This document shows, piece by piece, positions 13,536 through 24,599 of a stretch of 64,000 bases of DNA. Where the stretch lies: assembly GCF_030684315.1 (NCBI RefSeq), contig NC_081354.1, forward strand, positions 36,967,789 through 37,031,788, given 5' to 3'. The position numbers were made by a program, and so were the translations under genes. The notes under the pieces were generated by a model. The model made no database searches, was not told the origin of the DNA, and saw nothing but the letters and a program-made list of their open reading frames with translations. This DNA comes from Stegostoma tigrinum (taxonomy: Eukaryota). Positions within the stretch are counted from its first letter, which is position 1. The number at the start of each line of letters is the position of its first letter.

Positions 13536-14065
13536 ATTCATTGGAATAGATGAAGGTTAAGCAGAGACCTAATTCAAAGTGATGAGAGGTTTTGATAAAC
13601 AAGAAAGAAGTGTTTTCTCTGATAATTGGGCTGGTTGAATAGGCTTAAAAATTGGTGTCATGCTCAATTAAGAACCAAACTGGGTAACAATGGTTTTAGG
13701 TTTCACAGCATTTAGCTGGAGATAATGTCTGTTTATTTATTATTGGATGCTAAGCAAAGCAGTCTGACCAATCAAAGTCAGTGGAGGAGTTGCGGGAGGG
13801 GAAGGTGACACAGAGCTGACTATGGAATTTGCAGCTTGAACTATGATCCACATAATTCCCTGACGGTTTTTTTCTGCGGGAGACAGAGCATTATGAAATA
13901 TTGAGTTTACGAAGATTATTTGATAAAAGTCAATAGGCTTCCTTGTGTACCAGAATCGTTATCAAACTTAATTACAAAGAATTACATAGCTGTATCTTGT
14001 GATGCTTTAGAACTGGCGTATAGATTAAATGAAAGCTGGTAAATCTAACAATACAAGCAGCACAA

Positions 14066-14702
14066 CAATGTATGTCAGCTGAAAGGGGTATTCCCTCTCC
14101 AATCTTACTGGAAAGGAGTCCAATCTTTACAGGTGCTCCTCAAGAATATTTTTTCCACATTTCCTGCATTTTTTTCAACTGAGACTTAATGACAGAAAAT
14201 AATTGCACTTTAACAAAGTGACCTGATTGAAAGAGCCATGCTGCTTAATATGGTTTAAATGTTGCCTTTGTAAATGGTGGGAAGTTATTTGTGCCATTTA
14301 TCCATTATCCATTACCTTTCTTTGTGAGGTAAGCAGAACAATAAAAATGGTGGATGTTATAAAGCCTTATTCAAACACTTATGAAGCATGGGCTCTACTA
14401 AGTGAAGGATTTTTATAAACCACAGCACTAGATGGAGCTATTGTTAGAAAATTGTTCTCAGACTTGTATTCTGAGAATACTGTAAAGCTGAAAGGTCCAC
14501 TGGGTTGAAAAGGCAGACCACTTTGTTCATTGTGTTTACGTTCCTGCTAGCTTTGTTTCTCTATCCCAATGGATAAATCTATTTCTCAGCTGAAAGAGAT
14601 ACAGGAAATGGGGAAAATATATTCTTGAGGTGCACCTATAAAGACTGGACTCCTTTCCAGTAAGATTGGAGAGGGAATGCCCCTTTCAGCTGACATACAT
14701 TG
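14066..14702. repeat. Element of about 640 bp with inverted terminal arms of about 120 bp (MITE-like or fold-back duplication)
   Basis: caatgtatgtcagctgaaaggggtattccctctccaatcttactggaaaggagtcca... (14066-) is mirrored at 14583-14702 with few mismatches. No TSD seen. Confidence 0.85.
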
Positions 14703-16280
14703 ATTTCTAGTTACGCCATGTCTAGACCTCAGTGACTTGCATCATTATTCTCAACTCCCTTATTGACTTTGCTCCTCCGTATAGTCATAATTTCCTCTAG
14801 CCCAACATCTTCTCCAATTCCAACCTTTTGCGTATTTCCAATTTCAATGACTTTACATGAACATCCTTGCCTTCAACTGCAAAAGCCCTAATCTCTGGAA
14901 ATGTTCATTCTAAATCTCTTCCACTCTTTCCTGCTCAAAAGATCTCACAAAACCCTCTTTTTATGATTAAGCTTCTGCCGATCTGCTCTAATATGTTACC
15001 ATATGACTATAGCCAATTCCATTTTTTAATTTTCCCATGAGGCTACTTGGGATGTTTTACTACATTTAAGACAAGAACATAACTGGTTGTTATTGTTTTT
15101 GCTGAGTGAATTTGTTCTTTCAGCATTTTAAGAAGATCAGGAGTAGGTCATTTAACTCTTTGAGTGTATGTTACTCTTAATTATAATATTGCTATGTGAA
15201 CTAGCTCCACATTTCCAACTTTGATGCATGCCCCTCAACATCTTTAGTTAACAAAATAATTGTATGGACCAGCCCAAAATGCTTCAAAATATGCTGAGAA
15301 GATAGTCTAGACTCTAACTTTTTCTTAGTTTAGAGGTAAAAAGTCAAGTGCTGTACTCCAGATGCAATTCGATTGGTCAAACTACTCGACGATAAGCAAA
15401 ACACAACTTATTCAAATGCTGTAGTTAAGCTACAACAAAAGAAAAAGGAACTTAGAATAACTTAACTCTATTGGATAACAACAGAATAATTCATTATTTT
15501 AGTGCTAAACAGTAACTGTTCCAATATAGTAACAGACATCTTTGTATCTTCTTTGGCCATAGATAAGGTCCCAGATGACAGGAGAATAGCCAATGCTGTC
15601 CATTATTTCAGAAGGGTGACAGGGTTAATCCTGGAAATTACAGGCCTCATGTCAGTGGTAGGGAAATTATTGGAAAAAATTCTCAGCGACAAGATCTATT
15701 TGCATTTAGAAGCAAATGAACTTATTAGTGCTAGACAGCATGGTTTGGTACGGGGGAGGTCCTGCCTCACTAACTTGATTGAGTTTGTTGAGAGGTGGCA
15801 AAGATGATTGATGAGGGAAGAGCAGTTGCTGTTGTTTACATGGACTTCAGTAAAGCCTTTGACAAGGTCCCTACTGCAGACTGGTGCAAAAAGTGAAGTC
15901 ACATGGTATTGGGTTGAGCTGGCAAGATGGAAACAGAAATGGCTTAGTCATAGGAGATAGATGGTAGTAGTGGAAGTATGCTTTTCAGAATGGAGGATTT
16001 TAACTAGTGGTGTTCCACAAGTATCAGTGCTGGAACCTCTGCTGTTCATGGTCTACATAAATTATTTGGAGAAGAATGTACCTGGTCTAATTAGTAAGTT
16101 TGCAGACGATACAATGGTTGGTGGTGTTGTGGATAGTGAGGAGTTTGTCAGAGGATACAGCAGGATATAGATCAGCTGGAGGCATGGGCAGAAAAATGAT
16201 TGATGAAGTTTAATCCAGACAAATGTGAGCTGATGCATTTTGGAGGGTCAAGTACATTTGAAAATTATACAGTGAATGAG

Positions 16281-16499
16281 GTTAAGATAACAAAGTGTGA
16301 AGCCGGATGAATACAGCAGGCCAAGCAGCATCTCAGGAGCACAAAAGCTGACGTTTCGGGCCTAGACCCTTCATCAGATGAAGGGTCTAGGCCCGAAACA
16401 TCAGCTTTTGTGCTCCTGAGATGCTGCTTGGCCTGCTGTGTTCATCCAGCCTCACACTTTGTTATCTTGGCTTCCCCAGCATCTGCAGTTCCCATTATC
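16281..16499. mobile_element. Fold-back Penelope pLTR insertion, 12-bp TSD acagtgaatgag
   Basis: Palindrome centred at 16376 (ccttcatc-a-gatgaagg). TSD at 16269-16280 and 16500-16511. Confidence 0.92.
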
Positions 16500-16510
16500 A
16501 CAGTGAATGA

Positions 16511-16870
16511 GATTGTTGGCTTACTCGCCGAACTGTTTGGTTATTGTACAGATGTCTTGTCACCATACAAGGTAACATCATCAATATGGCCTCTGATGAA
16601 GTGATGTTGTCTACTCCACTTGGAATTTATATGATCTGATCTGTTAACTTGGGTTGTGTCATTTCTGATTATTTTTTGCATGGGTTTGTATATGGCGTCT
16701 GAGACTGGAACATATAAATTCCAAGTCGGGTGGACATTGCTTCCTCAGAGGCTGCACTGATGATGGTCCCTAGTATGGTTGCAAAACGCCCGTACGATAA
16801 CCAGCCAGCTCAGCGAGAAAGCCAACAACCTCATCCACAATCCGAGCTACAAATCTTCACAAGAACCTTA
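16511..16870. mobile_element. Second, older fold-back element (probably another Penelope family pLTR)
   Basis: Inverted arms (ttgttggcttactcgccga...cttggaatttatatg / catataaattccaag...tcagcgagaaagccaacaa) with a degenerate CTGATGA...AAAACG core. Confidence 0.6.
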
Positions 16871-17639
16871 AATGATAGAGTGAGTGGCAGAACCTTTAGG
16901 GGTGTTGATATGCAGAGGGATGTGGGCGTGCAGGTCCACAGATCAGTGAAGGTGGCAACGCAGGTAGATAAGGTAGTAAAAAAGGTTCATGGCATGCTTG
17001 CTTTCATTGGAAGGGGCTTTGAATATAAGAATAGAAAAGTTATGCTGCAGCTTTATAGAACTTTGGTTAGGTCACAGTTAGAATATTGTGTACAGTTCTG
17101 GTCATCACACTACCAGAAGAGTGTCAATGCTTTGTGGACCATACAGAAAAGGTTTACCACGATGTTACCTGGTATGGGGGATTCTAGCTATGAAGAGAGA
17201 TTGGATAGATTGGGTTTGTTTTCTGGAATTCAGAAGGTTTCGGGTGACTTGATAGATGTTTATAAGATTGTGCATGGCATGGATAGAGTGGAAAGTATGA
17301 TGGTTTTTCCCAGTGGAGTCAATTACCAGGAAACAAAGATTCAAGGTGTGGGGAGGGGAAGAGTTTAAAAGAGATCTGTGAGGCAAGTCTTTCACACAAA
17401 GTGTAGTGAATTCCTAGAACACACTGCCAGAGGATGTGGTGGAAGCAGATGCAATCGCAGAAATCAAGAAGCACTTGGACAAATACAGGAACACGAATGG
17501 AAAAGAGGGATAGGTGAGTGATACTGTAAGTGAAGGCAGTTTTAGTATGGAAGGATAAAATGTGTTGGTGCAGGCTCAGAGGGCCAAGCGGCCTGTACCT
17601 GTGCTGTATTGTTCTTTGTTCTTTGTACCCCACAGCCTC

Positions 17640-18150
17640 TAAGATCATCGTCACCAACCCTGAAGTGAGTCCCAGTCAATACAGGGGAAGTTAAAATCAC
17701 TCACCACAACAACCCTGCAGTTTTTACATCTTTCCAAATCCTGTCTACAGATTCACTCCTCTATCTCCCGCTGGCTGTTGTGAGGCTTGTAGTATAACCC
17801 CAGCATTGTGATTTCACCTTTCTTATTCCTGACCTCTACCCATACTGCCTTGCTGCACAAGTCCTCTGATGTATCCTCCCCCAGTACAACTGTGAAAAAC
17901 TCGTTTACCAGTATTGCAACTGCCCAACCTCTTTTACATCCCCTTCTGTCACACCGGAAGCATCTAAATTACAGGACATTCAGCTGCCAGTCCTGCCTGT
18001 CTTTCAGCCTAGTCTCCGTAATAGCAATAATGTCACACTTTCAAGTACTAACCAAAGCTCCAAGTTCATCTACCATGCCTATTATGCTTCTCGCATTGAA
18101 ACACGTGCATTTCAGACCATCTACCCTGTTCTTTTCAATAGCGTTTCCCT
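17640..18150 (-). mobile_element. CR1 APE endonuclease fragment
   Basis: The antisense encodes FNARSI...IIAITET...WVEVRNKKGEITMLGLYYKP...GDFNFPCIDW-like motifs. Confidence 0.75.
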
Positions 18151-18184
18151 GCCTATTCTTGTTTGGCAGATCCCCAAATGAGAT

Positions 18185-19260
18185 CAGTGACTGTCATGAA
18201 TCCAGTGCCTTATATTTGATGATGGGTCATGTTCCAGGAAGTGATAGGAGCTCAGCCTCCTCAATGTGAAGGTCAGTAGAGCAGACAACATCAGCATCAT
18301 AGTTGGCAGGCTTGATTACAAATTCAGGGTTAGACAGGAGAGCAAAGAGTTCAGTAGTTCAGAGGGAGATAGGTTTGAATGAGTAGGGGTGGGAGGCAGA
18401 GAAATTATGGCAACCAATCTCAGTTCTCAATGAACAGGTCAAGTGCAAGGCTGGAGGGAGAAGTCCAAGTGGAGGGAGAGTGTTGGAGGTGGGTGAAGGG
18501 ATCTGTGAGCCAGGGAGAGGCCTTTCGTCCAAAGAAATGGGCACTGAGGCGAAGGTGGCAAAAGAAAAGTTCAATGTCAAATCATGCCCAAAACTCATTT
18601 TTCTGAGCACAGAACTTCAAGCATCAGAGAGTGGAAGGTCAGAAGGGATAGTAGACAGCCGAGAAAAGGTAGCATTAGGAGAAGGGATGGAGAAGTAGGG
18701 AAGGGGAGGGATGTTCTAGAGAGGTGTGTGTATCTTTGAGCTGTTGCGACTTGCATTCCTTAATGCTTATAGGAAGAGAAAAAGCTTCTCGTTAGAACAT
18801 TGAACAAGCTGGAGGATGTATTTGAACTTGGGGTCAGGGCAGCTCTGAGCCAGCATGAGGCAGTGCTGGTGGGGAGAGAGATCAAGAGTATGCATATGGC
18901 GGTGTGGATCTCAGGATGTGGTGAGGCCAGCTGTTTGAGGAACATTGTACATCATGGAGATACCTGTGATCCTGGGTAGATTCGAAACACAAAAGATGAA
19001 ACTTCAACTGGAATCCATGTGGAGTGAGTCTGAGCTGGAAGTACTCACTGAGGAATGAGATGTGGCTTTGGAAGTGAGTTTCAGTAAATTCACATGTGGG
19101 GTGTGTGACGGATTGTGCTCAGGGTCATTGGGTCTTCTTCATTGGCGGGTCCATGCGCGAGACTGGCCCTTCGGGTATGGCGTATGCAGGAGGGCTTTTC
19201 TGGCATCTCTGGATGTCTTGGGACACACAGGATGTGCACAAGGTGCTGTTCAGTTGTAAC
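18185..19260 (-). mobile_element. Penelope-like element N-terminal/RT-proximal fragment
   Basis: The antisense reads LSNPEFVIKPA...VV, the typical segment before the PLE RT. The C/T-rich composition is PLE-like. Confidence 0.6.
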
Positions 19261-19929
19261 TTTGTTGTAACAGATGCAACTTGGTTGTCACAAAATTTAA
19301 TGAACCTGTGGAGCCCTTCCCACAAACTAACAGCCTTCACCTTCAGGAATGAATTAGAAATACCTCACAGTCAGTGAATGATTGAAGCTCCCACCACATG
19401 GAGTCCATTTGTACTTCTTCTCAGCCTCACCCTGACATCACCCACTGCTGAACCTTCAGCAAGGTTGGTTCTGATGGAAGGCTTCACACCACTGACCAGT
19501 TTCAGATCTGATGTTATGTCAATGTTCCCCGATCTGACCAATTTCCCGATGATGGTTTCACTGCCCAACCTCCTCTGTGTTAAACAATTGAAGGGAATAA
19601 ATGTCTTCCCATAATTGTGCAATTGTTCCTTGGATGATGGTAAGGTTTTATTGTGTCTGCATTCTCTGATGAAGTGCTGCTCAATACTTTTGTAAAACAG
19701 AAAAAGAAAACTTAATTTCCTCTGCTGAATTGTCTTGTATCCTGCTTCAGTTTACCCGATCAACATATCCTTCTGATGCTATCCCCCTCATGTACTTATC
19801 CACTTTCCTCTCAATGTCATCTCTGCTCTTTACCTCACCACTCCATGTTGTGAAGGTGAATTTAGGAAACTTTGGAATTTGCTGAATCCATTCAATTTAA
19901 AAATATGAGAACTTTCAGCTTATCCTAAA

Positions 19930-20420
19930 TATTGTCCTTCAACGAAGGAAACCTGCAACAACTGCGTGGCCTGATAAACATGTGAGTCCAATCCCACAAA
20001 TAATGGGTGATACTAAACTGCCCTCTGAAAGTGGCTGAGTGAACAATGATAAGTAATCACTAAAAACCCCAATAACAAGAGAAAATCAGAGGAAGGTGTG
20101 AATAATTCTGGCACTCTGTCAGCATAAGATGAAGCTGATCTCAGCCCAGTGAAATCTGTATTTCCTTTCAAAATCTGAGGACAAGTCTTTAAGTAAAGGA
20201 GGACTGCCCACACACTGGAAATGTAGCAGTGCTACTCATTGAATCCTGCCAATTTGGAAACATCCCAGACTCCTCCATCACCATACCTGGGAATATTCCA
20301 TCCCGCTGGCAAATGGGGAAGTCCTCAATATTGAGTCCATGGAGTCTCATGGCTTCAGGTTAAACAAGTTCAAGGAAAACTATCACTTCCATCCCAACTG
20401 ATGAAGGTGTATTTTGGCAC
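19930..20420 (+). mobile_element. Old copy of the tRNA-headed LINE (head + APE start)
   Basis: aaggaaacctgc...catgtgagtcca...aactgccctctgaa followed by catcaccatacctgg and gtctcatggcttcaggttaa, as at 60260-60750. Confidence 0.6.
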
Positions 20421-23170
20421 GATGAAGCAAAAAAGAAGCATATTATCTCAATGGCGAAAGATTGCAAAGCTCTGAGTTAGTGAAATCCATGTTTTCTCAT
20501 TGCAAATGGTTCCTCTGCAGGCATATTGAGTAATTCAGAAAGGTGATAGACCATTTTCATTCATTGTGATGGGAACTGAACACAAAAGTGGGGAGATTAT
20601 GCTTCAGTAATATAGCACACTGGTAAGATCCCATCCGTTGTCCTGTGTACAGAATTGATCACATTCTTTAAGGATGGATGTAAAAGCATTGGAAGTGGTT
20701 CAGACCAAGTATTATCAGACATACTGGAATGATGGGTTTTCTCAGGAGAAAAGATTGAACAAGCTGGGCTTGTATCTTGTAGAGTTCAAAAGAAGTGGTG
20801 AAGTTTGGTGTGGACACTTTGGGCCAAATAACCTGTTTCCACACTGTAGGGATTCTATGAAACTATGAAACACTAGGAGTGACAATTAAAGTAATGATGA
20901 CGAGCAAAAAGAAAGAAATGGCTCAGACCATGGGCTGAGCACCCCTTGACTGACTGCCCACTCTCACGTCACTAAAGAGATGTCCCCTCTGGTTTTCATA
21001 CTTTGTAATTCTATTCAAGCACAAGCAGTATATTGGCCCCATGAGCTGCAGGCACATGCTTAGCTCTGATGTTGACACAGTACCGTGCCACACAGTGACC
21101 CTCTCAGCATGTACTTGTCACTATTTTTTGGAGCATCAAGCTTCTTGTCTGTTCCTCTGTGCTAAAACACTGTCCACAGGCCACAAGATGACAGACTCTC
21201 TCTCTGCTAAAGCTGGAAGATGCATAGCTCCCCAGGTCTGTTCATGCTGCCTGTACACCAAGAAATTATGCTTCAGTGTGCCTGGCAAGATAGTGGAGGG
21301 AAGAGGTGCTCTCTAAGCCTGGCTGAGGACATGTTCTGTAGTTAATGAGTTGCCCAGTTGCTTGGATGAAGGGTCCAGGCCAGTGACAATGGAAGCACCT
21401 ATTGCAATTGAAGCAGTTCCAAACAAATTGACACAAAAGAAAATAGCCAGCAAAGCCATGAACTTGTCCAATTCAATTCGGAGGATTGATCTTGATAGAT
21501 ACCCCACTTAGCTTTTGCTGTTGATGTTTCGAGCTTTCATGTTTCTTAGTCTGGGATACGATAATCAAGAAAAGTGAGTTAATATGGGAGTTGTGTACTG
21601 ATTGAGATACAAATGCACACAGATAGGCTTCTCATGACCTGCCTGATCTCACTTAAGGACGGGAAATTTAATTGTAAGTGTTTATCATGGTGGCAAGAAT
21701 CTGGTTTTTGGTTGCTCTCCTAATTAAATCATCACACCAGCCAATATTCTCAACACCTCATGGAGAGAAACTCACACCTATTTTGATCTTCATCTGTTCC
21801 CTTAATAACTTGAAGATTTTCATCAAATTGTCTAAACCTTAATCTTTGAGGTGTCAGATAATACAATCTTGGTTCTATTATCTCTCCTTACAACTTAACT
21901 ATTGGAGTCCATGTTTCTTCTCATGAATCTATATTATATTCCCACCAAAGTGAGCTGTTATACCTCCAAAGTTCACATAAGTTCACATGCTAAGATGTGG
22001 TGCTCTGAACTGCCCACATTAATCCCAAGAGTGGTGCGTGGCATTGATTAACTGTGGCATAACTCCTACGCATTCCCCAGAAATAAGGCTGCCATTTGCC
22101 AGCTTTCAGCAAACCACTCACAGAGCCACAGTTCAGAGAGGACAAGGGTTGCCCTGAGGAAGAACTCATCACTCTCCATCCTGCTGAGTGGCCTTCAGAA
22201 CCGTTTGTTCTGACAATGCCTCTCTATTTTAAACAGTTTATGCTTGTTTTCAAAACTCTCAAAACCATACCTCTTCCTATTCATGTTGACAAGATCTGAT
22301 ATTATCTCTGTCATGACCCTGGATTGTTTGCTTTGTTTGGATCTTGCTTGACATCAAATCATAAATGAGCCTAGTTGTCACCAATCCAACATCGAAAAGG
22401 CACTTTGTTTTTCTGAATCATCAGGCTGGAGTAAAATGGGCAGGGTCACGTTTGGTGTAAACTGACCTGCTATTGTTATAGCTTCTCAGTTACCAGGATC
22501 ACCCAGCTCTGATCTTTAATATCTTACTAGCATAGCACACTTCCACCAGGACTGTAATTCTCAATCACACCTGTTGCCTCAGCACTCTTGTCATTGATCT
22601 TCTGTGATTCACCCAAACTTGTCAAAACTTTGGACACTCACTTTCTTTTGACACCTACTCATTTATCACTGTTATTTGTGCTGATCACTGGTAGCTCTCT
22701 GTCCTCAATGCTTTAATGTCAAAACCCTTTACTTCCTTCACTCATTCCACCATGATCCTTGCCCTAGCCTTCTACATTTTCAAACATGTTTCACCCCATG
22801 CCTTAGAAACTTTGTTTCCTTGACTCTGGTTTACACTGTACCCTCCCTTTCATTTTCAGTCATTGTGACTTTATCTTTCTGAACTCTTTTCTTTAAACTC
22901 TCCCATGCCATCGCATCTGTCTGCACCTTCAGCTGACCTATAAATAAGGTTGAGAGCTTCATGTGTGAGTGCAATTGGAGTAAACCTAATTCCGTGAGGA
23001 AAATAGTGCTTCTGACAATTATATTTGAGGAAAGAAAGGAGACGATTTGCAGCTTCAATTATCGTGTCAGAAAGGATTGCATAGTGTCATGGAGGAAACA
23101 TGAATGTTTGATGAACCAAATTGTTCACTTCTTTTCTGGAAACACTCTTGACTAAGTTTGTAAATCACTT

Positions 23171-24095
23171 AGACATAGTAACAACTGCAGATATTGGAAT
23201 CAGAGACTATACAGTTTGGAGCTGAAAGAATACAGCAGGCCTGGCAGCATCAGAGGAGCAGGAAAGTTCATATTTTGGGTCAGGACCCTTCTTCAGAAAT
23301 GGGGAGGGGGAAGGGAGCTGGGAAATAAGTAGAGAGAAGAGGGGTGCAGCAGGGGAAAGTAGGTGAGATGGTGACAGGTGAGTGCAGGTAGGGCATGTTG
23401 GGGATTGTCAGTGGGATGCATGGGGCGAATAGGTGGGAAAGAAGATGGACAGGTTGTGTCAGGGCATGGTGGTGGGGCTGAGAGGGAGGGTTGGATTTGG
23501 GATGAGGCCGGGGGTGGGGAGATTTTAAAACTGGCGAATTCCATGTTTAGACCATCAGGGTGTAGGCGCATGAGGCAGAATATGAGGTGTTACTCCTCCA
23601 GTTTGTGTGAGGTATCATTGTGGTTCTGGAGGAGCCCAAAAATGGACATGTCACCCAGGGAGTGGGAGGTGTAGTTAAAATTGTTGGTGACTGGGAGGGG
23701 TCATTGGGAGCAGTGGATACAGTGGACCAAGTTGGGGGATGTACAGGTGAACCCCTGTCTGCCTCGGGAACCTACAACCTGATGGCCTAAACATGGAATT
23801 CACCAGTTTTAAAATCTCCCTACCCCAGCCTCATCCACACCCAAAGCTCCCTCTCATCCCTGTCCTTTTTCTGTCACACTTATCCACTCCTCCCACCTCA
23901 TTGGCTAATCCCTACCACTCCCCAACTGCACTCACCTATCACCATCCCACCTAACTTCCCCAGCCCCACCTATCTTCTGTTTATTTTGAGCTCCCTTTCC
24001 CCTCCCTAATTCTGAAGAATGGTCCTGACCCAAAATGTCAGCTTTCCTGCTCCTCTGATGCTGCCTGGCTTGTTGTGTTCCTCTAGCTAAACTAT
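23171..24095. mobile_element. Penelope-like element with inverted pLTR/3' copies
   Basis: RLHPDGLNMEFASFKISPPP (minus) and its mirror at 23770-24095 (plus). ctgaagaatggtcctgacccaaaatgtc core. Confidence 0.85.
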
Positions 24096-24240
24096 GGTTT
24101 TATATATTTAACTGTTGTAGCATGCTTTTGTAGAAAGCAGTATATAGTGCTAACATTTTCACATTATCTCAATTTCTTTTGTTTCTGTGAAACAAACCAT
24201 GATATGTTTATACAAGTGATACATGATACAGAAAGCAGTG

Positions 24241-24246
24241 TTTATT
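24241..24246 (-). terminator. Polyadenylation signal AATAAA of JCHAIN
   Basis: AATAAA on the minus strand about 125 nt after the stop codon, in non-repetitive sequence. Confidence 0.7.
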
Positions 24247-24370
24247 ATGAAACCAGAGTTCAAACTGTTATTTTCTATTTCATGAAGGCAGAATGCCAGT
24301 ATGGCTAAATAACAAAGGTAGAGAGCCATAAAGAAACAGGAGTAGTTATTTATAAAATCTTTAGAACATT

Positions 24371-24599
24371 TTATGGAGCATCCGAAAAAGAATTTGGATC
24401 TGCTGTTGTTTCAATAGGTATCTCTGTAGGTTTTTGAGCCAAGGGTTCCACTTGGTGCTTGGAGTATTTAGCAGCTCCTAAGTAGCGTTGATAATCTCTG
24501 CATGATTGGTCATCATGACCATAGCATTCATCAGCGGGTGGAGGTTTGGGCTTGCACTGAGGTTCTTGTGGAGATTCTGGTCGACCACAATTCTTGCAG
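24371..24599 (-). CDS. JCHAIN: JCHAIN coding exon 4 (CKNCGRP...DECYGHDDQSC...SDAP*)
   Basis: Acceptor tcttctcatag with phase-2 entry. CKNC and CYGHDDQSC match human CKKC and CYTYDRNKC. Stop TAA at 24373-24371. Confidence 0.95.

Larger units (their letters stand above)
15535..17625 (+). mobile_element. HER1/CR1 LINE RT + 3' end with two nested Penelope-derived insertions
   Basis: QHGLVRGRSCLTNLIEF; SGVPQVSVLEPLLF...ISKFADDT; LYRTLVRSQLEYCVQFW. Confidence 0.92.

Noticed and set aside
16730-17368. 212-aa ORF
   Set aside because: Chance fusion of a Penelope-derived insertion with CR1 ORF2 C-terminal sequence.
24478-24599. Second open frame in JCHAIN exon 4 (ARIVVDQNLHK...NAT*) reachable by exon 1 to 4 skipping
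   Set aside because: Short, no recognisable motif, and no evidence of use.
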